Origin: an uncultured delta proteobacterium
GTDB taxonomy: Bacteria; Desulfobacterota; Syntrophorhabdia; Syntrophorhabdales; WCHB1-27
DNA: 64,000 nucleotides
Reading direction: 5' to 3'
Assembly: GCA_963810935.1 (NCBI GenBank)
Contig: CAWEPK010000003.1
Coordinates: forward strand, 32,001 to 96,000
Positions 1-10,767 of the stretch are shown piece after piece; position 1 is the stretch's first letter, and each line of letters begins with the position of its first letter. Below the pieces are notes generated by a model that ran no database searches, was not told the origin of the DNA, and was given only the letters and a program-made list of their open reading frames with translations. The position numbers and the translations under genes were made by a program.

Positions 1-289
1 TTCCGGAAAATTCCATGACGATGCCGCCGTCCGCGGTCGGGGATATGAATGAATCGTGTTTCTCCGCCGTTATGCCGGTCAGGGGATGGAACCAGTGCGT
101 GTAGTGTGTGGCCCCTTTCTCAATGGCCCAGTCCTTCATGGCGTTCGCAACTATGTCCGCGACATGCGGCTGCAAGGGCAGATCTTTTTCGATCGTTTGC
201 CTCAGGGCCTTGTAAATTTCCTTGGGGAGTCTTTCCTTCATGACCTTATCGTTGAAAACGTTGGAGCCGAAAACTTCCGTAAGCTTCAT
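1..289 (-). CDS. glnN: Glutamine synthetase type III, N-terminal part (runs off window edge)
   Basis: Manual translation from ATG at 289 (not in the ORF track): [26 protein letters not shown]...[32 protein letters not shown], the GSIII N-terminal signature; AAGGAGGA RBS upstream. Confidence 0.93.
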   Translation of the reverse strand, partial: MKLTEVFGSNVFNDKVMKERLPKEIYKALRQTIEKDLPLQPHVADIVANAMKDWAIEKGATHYTHWFHPLTGITAEKHDSFISPTADGGIVMEFSG

Positions 290-398
290 GGTCTTATTTT
301 TCCTCCTTGCTTTTTTGTAAATCCTCTCGGACATGGGAGAACAGGCCCAATGACCTTACAGGTCCATTTTTATGCGAGATGTGTAACGTCTCGCCGTT

Positions 399-428
399 TA
401 CAAGTAAAATCTACACTAATATGGTAAC
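399..428 (-). promoter_or_regulatory. Putative alternative-sigma promoter GTTACCA-N16-ACTTGTA upstream of glnN
   Basis: Same 7+7 bipartite motif with the same 16-nt spacer at 2472-2501 and 12169-12198. Confidence 0.75.
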
Positions 429-471
429 TCCCGCCACTGGATTCTCTCGGCGGCTGCCGGAATCCGGCGGC

Positions 472-813
472 CTACCCTATGGCGCTGCCGTCGCGCTCGC
501 CGGTCCGTATCCGGATGCACTCCTCCAGGGGCAGCACGAATATCTTGCCGTCCCCGATTTCTCCGGTACGGCCTCCCTTGATGATCGCCTCGGTCGTCCG
601 CTCCACGAAATCATCGTTGACTGCTATAAGAAGCTGGACCTTTCTGAGCAGGTTTCCCATCTCCTTGACGCCCCTGTAGACTTCGGTCACGCCCATCTGG
701 CGTCCGTGGCCCAGCACCTCGCTTACCGTTATCAGGTTTACTTCCGCCTTGTACAGTTCTTCCTTTACCGCCTCCAGCCTGTCCGGTTTAATAATGGCGA
801 TAATTACTTTCAT
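472..813 (-). CDS. glnK: P-II nitrogen regulatory protein (GlnK/GlnB family)
   Basis: MKVIIAIIKP...GHGRQ...YRG...TGEIGDGKIFV...IRIRTGE; directly downstream of amtB. Confidence 0.95.
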   Translation of the reverse strand: MKVIIAIIKPDRLEAVKEELYKAEVNLITVSEVLGHGRQMGVTEVYRGVKEMGNLLRKVQLLIAVNDDFVERTTEAIIKGGRTGEIGDGKIFVLPLEECIRIRTGERDGSAIG

Positions 814-836
814 GCTCTCCTCCCTCCTCTTAACTT

Positions 837-860
837 TCGGCGCTCGCATACGCTCGCTTT
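837..860 (+). repeat. Partial copy (3' tail) of the intergenic REP-like repeat family
   Basis: TCGGCGCTCGCATACGCTCGCT resembles the tails of the copies at 2145-2222 and 46727-46805. Confidence 0.55.
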
Positions 861-893
861 AATACCCTGCTGCTTGCAGCAGGGTATTTATCG

Positions 894-2120
894 TTATTCG
901 AGTATCGTATATGCGTTCTCGTTGTGCTGCGTGAGGTCGAGGCCCATGATCTCTTCCTTTTCGGGGACCCTCATACCTATCACCCAATCGACCACCTTGT
1001 AAAGAATAATACTTGCGACGAAGCTGTACGCGAGGGTCACCCCGACGGCCGCTGCCTGGATCAGGAGCTGCTTGGGGTTGCCCAGGAAAAGGCCGTTCGC
1101 ACCATCCGGGTTGACGAGCTTCGAGGCGAAAAGCCCGGTGGCCAGCGCGCCGAAGACGCCGCCGACGCAATGGACGCCGAAGGTGTCGAGCGAGTCGTCA
1201 TATCCGAGCAGCGGCTTCACGATTGCGACGGCCAGGAAGCAGAAGAGGCTGACGAATATGCCTATAATGATGGCCGGGATGACGCTTACATAGCCGGACG
1301 CCGGCGTGATCGCCACGAGTCCTGCGACTGCACCCGTTGCCGTACCGAAGGCCGTCGGCTTGCCGTTGTGGATCCATTCTATAAACGCCCATGAAAGGCC
1401 GGCCGTCGCAGCGGCTGTATTAGTCACCACAAACGCGTTTACCGCCAGGCCGTTCGCAGCCAGGGCGCTGCCCGCGTTAAACCCGAACCAGCCGAACCAG
1501 AGCAGCGCGGTGCCAAGGATAACGTGCGGCAGGTTGTGGGGCGGAATGGGCTTCTTATCGTAGCCTTTCCTTTTGCCTATCAGGAGGCAGGTGGCCAGCG
1601 CCGCGATGCCGGAATTGATATGGACGACGGTGCCCCCCGCGAAATCGAGCGCCCCCAGGTCCTTAAGCCATCCGCCTATGCCCCATACCCAGTGTGCGAC
1701 GGGGTCGTAGACAAAGGTGGCCCAAAGGACAATGAATACGCAGAACCCGGAGAACTTCATGCGCTCCGCGAATGCTCCCACGATCAGGGCAGGCGTTATG
1801 ATGGCGAACATGGCCTGGAAGATCATGAACGCCTGGTGGGGGATCGTCGGCGCGTAATCCTTAAACACTTCCAGGCCGACGCCGTTCAGGCCCGCCCACT
1901 GGAGGCCGCCCCAGAACCCCTTGCCGGGCCCGAACGCAAGGCTATACCCGTAGAGTACCCACTGGAGGCTGATAATCGCGAGGATCGTAAAGCACTGCAT
2001 CAGCACGCTGAGGACGTTCTTGCGCCGAACCATACCCCCATAAAAGAAAGCCAGGCCGGGGGTCATGAGCATTACCAGTGCCGAGCACGCCAGCACCCAT
2101 CCAGTATCACCCGTGTTCAT
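894..2120 (-). CDS. amtB: Ammonium transporter (paralogue 1)
   Basis: LMTPGLAFFYGG, DFAGGTVVH, WFGWFGFN and DDSLDTFGVH motifs; twin His present; start at MNTGDT after GGAGG RBS. Confidence 0.97.
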   Translation of the reverse strand: MNTGDTGWVLACSALVMLMTPGLAFFYGGMVRRKNVLSVLMQCFTILAIISLQWVLYGYSLAFGPGKGFWGGLQWAGLNGVGLEVFKDYAPTIPHQAFMIFQAMFAIITPALIVGAFAERMKFSGFCVFIVLWATFVYDPVAHWVWGIGGWLKDLGALDFAGGTVVHINSGIAALATCLLIGKRKGYDKKPIPPHNLPHVILGTALLWFGWFGFNAGSALAANGLAVNAFVVTNTAAATAGLSWAFIEWIHNGKPTAFGTATGAVAGLVAITPASGYVSVIPAIIIGIFVSLFCFLAVAIVKPLLGYDDSLDTFGVHCVGGVFGALATGLFASKLVNPDGANGLFLGNPKQLLIQAAAVGVTLAYSFVASIILYKVVDWVIGMRVPEKEEIMGLDLTQHNENAYTILE

Positions 2121-2144
2121 GAAAGTCTCCTCCTTGGACTCAAA

Positions 2145-2222
2145 CAATTATTGGGGCTCAGCACCCCCTCCACCGGCAAAGCCGGCGGAGCCACCCTGCT
2201 CGGCGCTTCGCATTCGCTCGCT
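2145..2222 (+). repeat. REP-like intergenic repeat, full copy
   Basis: CAATTATTGGGGCTCAGCACCCCCTCCACCGGCAAAGCCGGCGGAG...; close homologues at 46727, 52439, 52533, 62431. Confidence 0.8.
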
Positions 2223-2253
2223 TTTTACTGCCGGCGCTCGGTACTCGCTCCGG

Positions 2254-2309
2254 CAGTAATCGGGTTTGACACCACCTCCACGAGCAAAGCTCGCGGAGCC
2301 TCCCCCTCA
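2254..2309 (+). repeat. REP-like intergenic repeat, second copy
   Basis: CCTCCACGAGCAAAGCTCGCGGAGCCTCCCCCTC hairpin shared with the family. Confidence 0.7.
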
Positions 2310-2324
2310 TAAAAAGGAAAGGGC

Positions 2325-2445
2325 AAAATAAAAAGGCGCCTCCTGTCCTTCAAGTACGTGGACAAGGGACGCCTTCGTCCGGTCGCCAGGGCAAAAAAAT
2401 GGCGCTCTTTTCTAAGAACGCCGCCGTTTTAACACTTCAACGTGT
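2325..2445 (-). promoter_or_regulatory. Putative ANTAR-responsive leader of amtB1-glnK with two tandem intrinsic terminators
   Basis: Hexaloop hairpins ACAC-GTTGAA-GTGT (2432-2445), AAC-GGCGGC-GTT (2417-2428) and GGAC-GAAGGC-GTCC (2367-2380); the last two overlap the 5' arms of terminators at 2393-2422 and 2325-2373. Confidence 0.65.
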
Positions 2446-2471
2446 CTGCCCGATCTGCGGGCTTATATGAC

Positions 2472-2501
2472 TACAAGTAAAAGTTTAAGTCTTTTGGTAA
2501 C
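2472..2501 (-). promoter_or_regulatory. Putative alternative-sigma promoter GTTACCA-N16-ACTTGTA upstream of amtB1
   Basis: Second exact copy of the bipartite motif; about 26 nt upstream of the first leader hairpin. Confidence 0.75.
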
Positions 2502-2504
2502 CGG

Positions 2505-2596
2505 CAATTATTGGGACACCCGCAAGCGGGTACCCGGTCGCCCCCTCCACGTGCGAAGCCCGTGGAGCCTCCCCCTCACAGACTCGCTTTCGCTCG
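2505..2596 (+). repeat. REP-like intergenic repeat, variant with an extra internal hairpin
   Basis: CAATTATTGGG...CCCCCTCCACGTGCGAAGCCCGTGGAGCCTCCCCCTC. Confidence 0.7.
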
Positions 2597-2601
2597 TGGT
2601 C

Positions 2602-3834
2602 CTAGGTACCCGGCGGTTTGCAGCAGGGTAATCTCGAAAGGCCCGGAAAGAGGCGCGCCCATGTGCACCTTGCCTTGATAAGCCCGCCTGTTTCCTGCGA
2701 GACGTCGATCTTTTTGCCTATCAGGCTCACGTAGAGGCCCTCGTTCTGCACGTCGCCCACAAAGGCGAAGCCTTTGAGCACGCCGTCTTCCATCAGGACC
2801 TTCCTGCAAGACCGCTCGTCCTCTTCCCGCAAGACGCCCGGCCCTTCGTCCCTGCTCCTGCCGGCAGTAAATATGGAGACGCCGAATACGCGCAGGACGT
2901 TCCTGGCAAGGCTTCCCGCATATGCGGCCTGCGCCCCCGACATATTGAAGGCCGCTATCCTGCCCTGCTCCACAGCGGCGGGCCACAGGGCATTTACCCT
3001 CGGCTCCCCGTAAACGACGTCCATCGTCTCGACTGCGTCGCCCGCCGCAAAAATGCCGGGCAGGCTTGTCTCCTGGCGATCATCGACGCATATGCCTTTC
3101 TTTACGTCTACGCCGCTGCTTGCGAGAAAGGCGGTGCAGGGGCGGACCCCTTTGCCGAAAATTACCAGGTCGCAGGCCCTCCCGCCGCCCGATTTAAGAG
3201 AAACTTCTCCGTCCTCCCCGATCTCCGTGATGTCGTCGCCGGTGAGGACCTCCACCCCCAGCGCTTCTGCTTTCCGGCGGACGAATTCCGCTGCCGGCTT
3301 GTCGAGCATCGAGGAGAGAATGCGGTCCGAGGAGACGACATAGGTGATTTCCATGCCCAACTTGCGCAGCGCGTCGCCCGTTTCCATGCTCACCGGGCCC
3401 GCGCCCGCTATAACGGCCCGGCCTGCGCTCCCCTTGACCAGCCCCTTCATCCGGGCCACATCGGGCAGGTCGCGGACGGTGAAGACAAACGGCAGGGAAG
3501 CGCCCTTCGTTTGCGGTTTTTCCGGGACGCCGCCGGTCGCGATAAGCAGCCTGTCATAGCTGAAGTCCCGGCCCGGACGGACAAGCACCCGGCGCCTGTA
3601 GTGGTCTATCTCCGTAACCTCCGCACCGGTAATGACCGATACGCCTTCCGGGACAGGCAGAAAAATGTGCTTTTCTTCCACCTCATTCGAAAGGCGGTAG
3701 GGCAGGGCCATCTTCGCGTAGGGGGCGACCCCCTCCTTCGACAGAACCGTAACGGCGCTTGCGGGATCGAGGCGTCGCAGCCATGCAGCGGCCGTCATCC
3801 CTGCGGGACCTGCGCCTATGATAAGGTAGTTCAT
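2602..3834 (-). CDS. NAD(P)/FAD-dependent oxidoreductase (AorC-like subunit)
   Basis: IIGAGPAG, LLIATG, TSLPGIFAAGD motifs; last gene of the aor operon. Confidence 0.85.
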   Translation of the reverse strand: MNYLIIGAGPAGMTAAAWLRRLDPASAVTVLSKEGVAPYAKMALPYRLSNEVEEKHIFLPVPEGVSVITGAEVTEIDHYRRRVLVRPGRDFSYDRLLIATGGVPEKPQTKGASLPFVFTVRDLPDVARMKGLVKGSAGRAVIAGAGPVSMETGDALRKLGMEITYVVSSDRILSSMLDKPAAEFVRRKAEALGVEVLTGDDITEIGEDGEVSLKSGGGRACDLVIFGKGVRPCTAFLASSGVDVKKGICVDDRQETSLPGIFAAGDAVETMDVVYGEPRVNALWPAAVEQGRIAAFNMSGAQAAYAGSLARNVLRVFGVSIFTAGRSRDEGPGVLREEDERSCRKVLMEDGVLKGFAFVGDVQNEGLYVSLIGKKIDVSQETGGLIKARCTWARLFPGLSRLPCCKPPGT

Positions 3835-3843
3835 TGTCCGGTC

Positions 3844-5647
3844 CTAAAGGTCGAGCTCAGCGAGCTTCTCCTTGCCCGGCACCCCTGTCGCGCTCCATCC
3901 GCGCAGGCTGTAGTACTCGGGCAGCATCTTCACAAGCTCGCTCACGTGCCCCTTCGCTCCGCCTTCGGCCAGAGGCACTTTCAACAGGCGCTCGGGCAGC
4001 GTATCGTCTTTCGCCGTAAACCCGGCCTTGATATTATAAAGGCGCTCGAGGTTCCAGATGCGCTCGCCCGCCTTCATAAATTCGTCGGTCGTGTACGGGA
4101 CGCCGGTAGCAGCGCTCAATAGCTCCGCGATCTCGTCCGCGCCGATGCCGAAGGTGGCAAAGAGGCACATGCCCGTCGAATCGAGGGCCGCTGTCAGGTT
4201 CTGGAAGATAATGACCCACTGTGCCTTTCCAACGGTCGCCGTCATATCGATTTTCACAGGGTTGCCGAGCACCTCCACCGCCGTCGTGTAGCCCCGGACG
4301 TGGCAGCCGCCCCGGTTGCCCGTTGCATAATTGAGCCCTATGCCCTGCAGGGCCCGCGGGTCGTAAGCGGGCATCTCCTGCTTCTTCACGGTCATCGAAT
4401 ACTCCGGATGCTCGTAGCTCGCTGCGAGCCGGTAGCTCCCCATCCCAAGCTTTTTGCCGAACCCGACGCCGACGCCTGTCAGGCGGACCATCTCGACCAT
4501 GGCCTCCGCGTTGCCGAAATTCAACGGTATGCCCCCCGTCTCATCGAGACCGATAATACCGTCTTCGAACATCTCCATCGCGCAGGCGACGGTCGAGCCC
4601 ATGGAGATCGTGTCGATGCCGTATTCGTTGCAGAGGTAATTCGCCTTCGTCACCGCATCGAGGTCGTCGACGCCGCACGCGGGCCCGAAGGCCCAGGCGC
4701 TCTCGTACTCCGGCCCCTCTCCGTGGCCCGCGTATTTGGGGTTGGTGACCCGCGTCGCGCGGCCGCAGCTTATGATGCAGGAAAAACACCCTCTGGGGCG
4801 CGTAAGGATCTGTTTGGAAAGCGATTCGCCGCCGACCCTGTCAGCACCGGCAAACATGGGCTGCCGGAAGTTACGGGTGGGCAGGCCGCCGCTTTCGTTG
4901 AGGATATTGACCAGCACGTCCGTTCCGAAGGCCCGCAACCCCCCGCCGCCCACGGGGTGGCTCTTTATCTTCGTCCAGGCATTCGTCATCGCCTTCCGGA
5001 AGGCGTCCGCGTCGGCTACCCGGACCGCGCCTGTGCCCCGGACTGCCACCGCCTTGAGGTTCTTGGCGCCCATGACGGCCCCGACGCCGGTCCGCCCGGC
5101 CGCCCGGCCGTACTCGTTCATGATATTCGCCATGAGGACACCACGCTCTCCGGCAGGCCCGATGCAGGCGACGCTCGCCTCCGGGTCCGTCTCGAGCCGC
5201 ACCGTGTCCGTAGTCTTGTCGGCCGTTTTCCCCCAGAGATGGGCCGCGTCGCGGACCGCAACCGCGTCGTCGTCGATCCAGATATAGACCGGTGTTCTTC
5301 GCCTGCCCTTCAACGACCAGAAGGTCGTAGCCCGCGTACTTCAGCATGGGGCCGAAGACGCCGCCCGAGCTGGAGGCCGCGATCGTGCCCGTAAGGGGGC
5401 CTTTCGTCACGACATCGAAGTGGCCCGCGGACGGGGCGTTCGTGCCCGAAAGCGGCCCAGGCGCGAAGATCAGCTTGTTCTTCGGGCCCAGCGGATCGAT
5501 GGAGGGGTCCGTCTCAGCGAACATCAGATAGGTCCCGAGCCCGCGGGCGCCGATATATTTTTTCGCCGTTGAAAGATCGAGCGGCTCTTTGACGATCGAC
5601 CCGCTCGATAAGTCGATTCGGAGGATCTGGCCGGTCCAGCCGTTCAT
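3844..5647 (-). CDS. aor: Aldehyde:ferredoxin oxidoreductase family W/Mo enzyme (AorB); +1 frameshift near 5295
   Basis: Two overlapping ORFs (MNGWTGQILRIDLS...; GRTGVGAVMGAKNLKAV, CFSCIISCGR, GPEYE, GIDTIS, RGGCH) join into a 600-aa AOR if one base is removed. Confidence 0.9.
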
Positions 5648-5649
5648 CG

Positions 5650-6126
5650 CTACACCTCCTCAAAGCTCTTTTTCAGTTCCGAGGCAATGGCCCTCTGGCG
5701 CGACCGCACGGCATCGGCCTCGTCGACGTAGACGATGGCCTGGGTGGGGCAGAAGGCTACGCATTCCGGCTCTCCCCCGCACAGGTCGCACTTGACGATG
5801 CGCCGCTTCGCGGTCTCGTAAACGACCGCGCCGAAGGGGCAGGCAAGCGCGCACATACGGCAGCCGATGCATTTTGCCTCGTCCCAGCCAACGAGGCCGA
5901 GGGCGCGGTCTTCGTGCATTGCCGTGGTAGGGCAGACCCCAACGCATGGTGCGTCCTCGCACTGCTGGCAGGTGGTGGGCACGGAAAAACCATCCGGCTC
6001 CCACGAAGCGACGTGGATGCGCGCCGTGTGGGGACGGAATTCTCTGTCATGGAAGAAAGAGCACGAAAGCTCACAGTTACGGCAGCCGGTGCACCGGTCC
6101 GGATAGATCATCAGCATTTTACTCAT
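5650..6126 (-). CDS. 4Fe-4S polyferredoxin subunit (AorA/CooF-like)
   Basis: CTGCRNCELSC, CQQCEDAPCVGVCP, CIGCRMCALACP, KCDLC. Confidence 0.9.
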   Translation of the reverse strand: MSKMLMIYPDRCTGCRNCELSCSFFHDREFRPHTARIHVASWEPDGFSVPTTCQQCEDAPCVGVCPTTAMHEDRALGLVGWDEAKCIGCRMCALACPFGAVVYETAKRRIVKCDLCGGEPECVAFCPTQAIVYVDEADAVRSRQRAIASELKKSFEEV

Positions 6127-6499
6127 TGCATGCCTCCCTAAGATAGAAGACTATCCGCGCATACCGGGGCCGCGCCGAAGGTACTTATTTGCGAACGGCC
6201 CCATATGCCTCTTTCCAAAGCATATACGCGCGGTTAGGCGACTTCAATATGTCTTATTTGACATAAATAGAGTGTTTTTTGCGGCTGGACTCGGACCTCC
6301 TGATTTAAGGATGCAAGGCGCACCGAACGTTCGTCGTCCTCGCTGCAAGGAGTAACAGTGTTTCTCTCGCCTCAGCTTTCCCTACACTATTACGAGTGGC
6401 AATCGATGAGGCTTGTAGTTTCCAAAGCAATCAGCTAATATTTACGGCTATTGTACACAATCCTCGACACGCTGACACAGGTTACGGAGGGTCCGGAGC

Positions 6500-9400
6500 A
6501 TGTTGGGCAGATTTCGTTCATGGTCCATAAGCACACATTTAATAACTTTGATAGCTTTCCTGGCAGTCCCCTCCATTAGCCTCATTATCTACTCGGGAAT
6601 AGCCGCGCGCAGGACGGCGATAGACGATGCCGGCGGGGAATGCCTGACACTAGCGGGCAATATTGCGGGTCAGCAGCAGTCCATGGTTGCAGGCGCGGAA
6701 CAACTAGGGGCCGCGCTCTCTGCTCTTCCCCAGGTGCAATCTCGAAACCCCGTCGCCGTCAATGCCCTTTTCTCCGAGCTTTTAAGAAAGAATCCTCAAT
6801 ATGCCAATATCGCCATCTGCGACAAATCGGGCCTGGTCTGGGCATCGGCGCTCCCCGAGGGGGAAAGGGTATCGGTGGCCGACCGGAGGTTCGTTCGGGA
6901 AGCGTTCCGCACGGGGATGTTTTCTTCCGGTGAATACATCGTAGGCCGAATATTGAAAAAACCTGCCATCAGTTTTGGATATCCCGTGAAGGACGTGGCT
7001 AATGAGGTGACAGCAGTAATAGGAATTGTCCTCAACCTGGAATACGCCCAGGGGATGTTCGATAAGCTCGACCTCCCTTCCGGAGCGTCGTACGCCCTTC
7101 TCGACCACCAGGGGGTCATTCTCACCAGAAATATAAATGATCCCCTTACAAAGGGCCTTGTCGGACAGCGTGACACTGTGAAAGAGCTGTTCACAGGCAT
7201 GAAGGCTCCGCCCGAAGAGACAACTTTTCAGGCCATGGGGAACGAGGGGAAGTTCAAGCTGGGCGCCTACAGGAGGATTCGCCTGCCGCATGAGGCGGAG
7301 CCCTATATGTATGTCCGTGCCAGCATACCTCTTTCCTCCGCCGTCGCCGCTGCAAACGCGGCCATGTTCCGCAACCTGGCAACCTTCGTGTCCTTGTTCC
7401 TCACCGGGTTGTTTCTGGCCTGGTTCATCGGGAAGCGCGTCATAGTGAACCCCTTGATGATGTTAAAGGGGGCAGCCGGGCAGTTGGCCGCCGGTGCGGA
7501 TACGGTCAATGTGGCTTCCGTTGTGACAGGCGGCGAACTCGGAGAGTGGCTCGCGCATTCGACGATATGGCTGAGACTTTGATTCAGGAAAAGACCGCCC
7601 TTCGGACAAGCGAGGAGCGTTGGTCCACCACCCTCGCCAGCATAGGGGATGCAGTCATTGCAGCCGATGTTGAAGGAAAGATCACATTCATGAACGCCGT
7701 TGCTGAAGGGCTGACCGGCTGGACTCTCAAAGAAGCCGGAGCGAAACCAGTGACGGAGATATTCAACATCATCAACGAGCAGACCCGTGATCAGGTTGAG
7801 AACCCTGTCATAAAGGTGCTCCGGGAAGGCGTGATCGTCGGTCTTGCGAACCATACGGTCCTCATTAGGAAAGACGGATCGGAGGTCCCCATAGACGACA
7901 GCGGCGCTCCCATAAGAGATGAGGTCGGTAACACCAGCGGGGTGGTACTCATTTTCCGCGATATCACCGAGCGTAAACTGGCCGAAGAGGAGCTTCGTCA
8001 AAGCGAAAAGCGGTATCGGGAACTCTTCGAGACGATGTACGAAGGTTTCATCCTCGGGGAAGTTATAACAGACGAGCAGGGCAGAGCGGTGGATCACCGA
8101 TATCTCGATATCAATCCTCGTGCGGAGCAGCAATTCTTTAAGCGTCCTAGAGAGGAGATTGTTGGCAGTACATATAGAACGGTTGGAGGGGCACGGGCGG
8201 CTGATGAGTGGGCAGAACTGCTCGGTAATGTCGCAATAACTGGCGAGCCTGTATCTGTAGAGCGTTATGCGCCCGTAGGCGATCAGTGGATACACTTGGC
8301 TGCATACTCCCCCCGGATCGGGCAGTTTGCCGCAGTCTTCGAGAATATCACCGAGCGCAAGCAGGCCGAAGAGGCGGTTCAAACAACTCTAAAGCGCCTC
8401 TACACCGTTCTTGCGAGCATGTATGGCGGTCTCTTACTTGTAACGGACGAGAGCCGAGTTGAGTTCGCCAATCAGGCGATTTGCGACTATTTCGATTTGA
8501 GCGAGTCACCCGCAGACCTTGTGGGGCTTACCTCATCCGAAATCTTTGCAAAAATCACTGAAGCCTATTTGCACCCTGATGAAGCGACTGCCCGCGTCAA
8601 GGAAATAGTGGATCGAGGACAACCCGTAGCAAACGAAGAAGTGGCCATGCACAACGGGCGCGAACTCCTACGGGATTTTATCCCCATACGTGTAAACGGA
8701 AAATCGTCTGGCCGGTTGTGGTACCACACAGACATCACCGAACGCAAGGCTATGGAGGAGGCATTACAAAAGGCCCACGACGATCTTGAACAACGAGTGA
8801 TCGAGAGAACTGAGCAGCTCGTTAATAGCGAAAAGGAGTTTCGCTTACTTGCCGAGGCCATGCCCCAAATTGTCTGGATTACCAGAGCGGACGGCTGGAA
8901 CATCTATTTCAACCAGCAGTGGGTGGACTACACGGGACTAACGCTTGAAGAAAGCTACGGTCATGGCTGGAACACACCGTTCCATCCCGATGACAGGCAA
9001 CGCGCCTGGGACGCCTGGCAGAATGCGGTAACGAACAACGGCACTTATTCTCTTGAATGCCGTTTGCGGGCAGCGGATGGGACATATCGCTGGTGGCTGG
9101 CCCGTGGCGTGCCTATTGTGAACGAGGAAGGAGAGACTACGAAGTGGTTTGGTACCTGCACCGATATTGAGGAGCTTAAGAGAGTTGAGGCTCAGCTCCG
9201 CCAGGCGCAGAAAATGGAGGCCCTTGGCACGCTCGCGGGAGGCATCGCCCACGACTTCAACAATATCCTCGCCGCCATCATCGGGTTCACTGAGCTTGTG
9301 GAGGACCACGTCCCTAAAGCGAGCCGGGAGGCACATCACCTGAAGAGGGTCCTGGAGTCTTCCTTGCGAGGCAGGAACCTGGTGCGGCAGATGCTCACCT

Positions 9401-10332
9401 TCAGCAGAAAGGGAGAGCAAGAGAAGAAACCCATGAGTTTGAGCAGCCTCGTCAAGGAGACTGTCAAGCTCATTCGGGCGACCACGCCGACGACGATCAG
9501 CATCAAGGTCAGCACCGGAAGCGAATCGGGTATAATCCTCGCAGACCCTACACAGATGCAGCAGGTCGTCATGAACCTCTGCACCAATGCTGCGCACGCC
9601 ATGCGGGAGAAGGGCGGGACCCTCGACATAAGATTGAACAATTACAACGTCTCTCCATCGGATGGATACCCCCACGGGATCAACCCCGGCCTTTATACGA
9701 GGTTGACCGTCAGTGATACCGGCACCGGCATGTCCTCCGACATCCTCGATAAGATATTCGACCCCTTCTTTACCACGAAGAAATTGGGAGAGGGCACGGG
9801 TCTCGGCCTTTCCGTTGTCCACGGTATCGTGAAGCAATCCAACGGGCATATTACCGTATACAGTGAGCCGGGCAGAGGGTCCGCATTCACCCTGTATTTC
9901 CCTCAGATCACAGACACGGGAGAGCAGGAAGCCTATGCAGCTACTGACGACGAGATTCCCACCGGCTCCGAGCGCATCCTCTTCGTCGATGACGAAGAAG
10001 CTATCGTGGAAATGGGCGAAGACATCCTCGCGGAGCTTGGCTACGACGTGACGTCCCGGGTGAGCAGCAGGGAGGCCCTTGCGCCCTTCAAGCTCGACCC
10101 ATCCCAATTCGATCTTGTCATTACCGACCAGACCATGCCCGAAATGACGGGCGTTGAACTTGCGAAAGAGATCCTCGCTCTCAGGGTGGACATGCCTATC
10201 ATCATGTGCACGGGTTTCAGCTATGTAGTCAATGAGGACAAGGCCAAGGCGGCAGGCATCAAAGCCTTTGCCATGAAGCCCCTAACGAAAAGGGAGATCG
10301 CCCAGACGATCAGAAAAGTACTCGACCAGTAA
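6500..10332 (+). CDS. Hybrid sensor kinase (Cache-HAMP-multiple PAS-HisKA-HATPase-REC); -1 frameshift near 7546
   Basis: ORF 6500-7582 (TM-Cache-TM-HAMP) joins ORF 7546-10332 (AGGIAHDFNN, DPFFTTK, GTGLGL, REC) at GE[L]ARAFDDMA. Confidence 0.88.
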
Positions 10333-10635
10333 GCCCGGTTGCACCTTCCGACTGGTAATCGGTCGTATTCTTCAAATCTCGATTCCGATCAGTTGTAGGT
10401 GAAGGCAACAATCTATGTATGCACTTCCTTAATGTAAATTTCAAAACACATTGAATACTTTTGCGCAATTTGAAGTAAAGAATGACGAGCGCCTCGTTGG
10501 AAGTAAAACGCGTCGGATTCCGTCAGTCTTTAGCCCTCGGTGCACATCCACGTCTAATCGATTTCTTGAGGCGCTCATCCGCCCGTTATTGCCGCAGAGA
10601 TGTCTTTGGAGGACGAGGAACGCGCCGGGCAAGAA

Positions 10636-10761
10636 GCGGCTGCGTATAAAGATGCAGATTTGGTGAAGCGCAAGCCCGAGGAACGGAGGCGTACTCTTTG
10701 TGTACGTCGGAGTCCCGCAGGGCGCGGCGCTACGCCAAAGATGCGCTTTATACGCAGCCGC
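10636..10761. repeat. Long inverted-repeat (MITE/REP-like) element downstream of amtB2
   Basis: Perfect 16-bp terminal IR GCGGCTGCGTATAAAG / CTTTATACGCAGCCGC with further internal pairing. Confidence 0.6.
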
Positions 10762-10767
10762 CCACCC

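Noticed and set aside
310..395. ANTAR motif or glutamine riboswitch in the glnN leader
   Set aside because: Hairpins are present but have no properly closed hexaloop pair, no U-tract terminator and no recognisable glnA-riboswitch consensus
10340..10632. Small ORFs or an integrase remnant in the AT-rich gap
   Set aside because: No recognisable motifs or RBS in any frame
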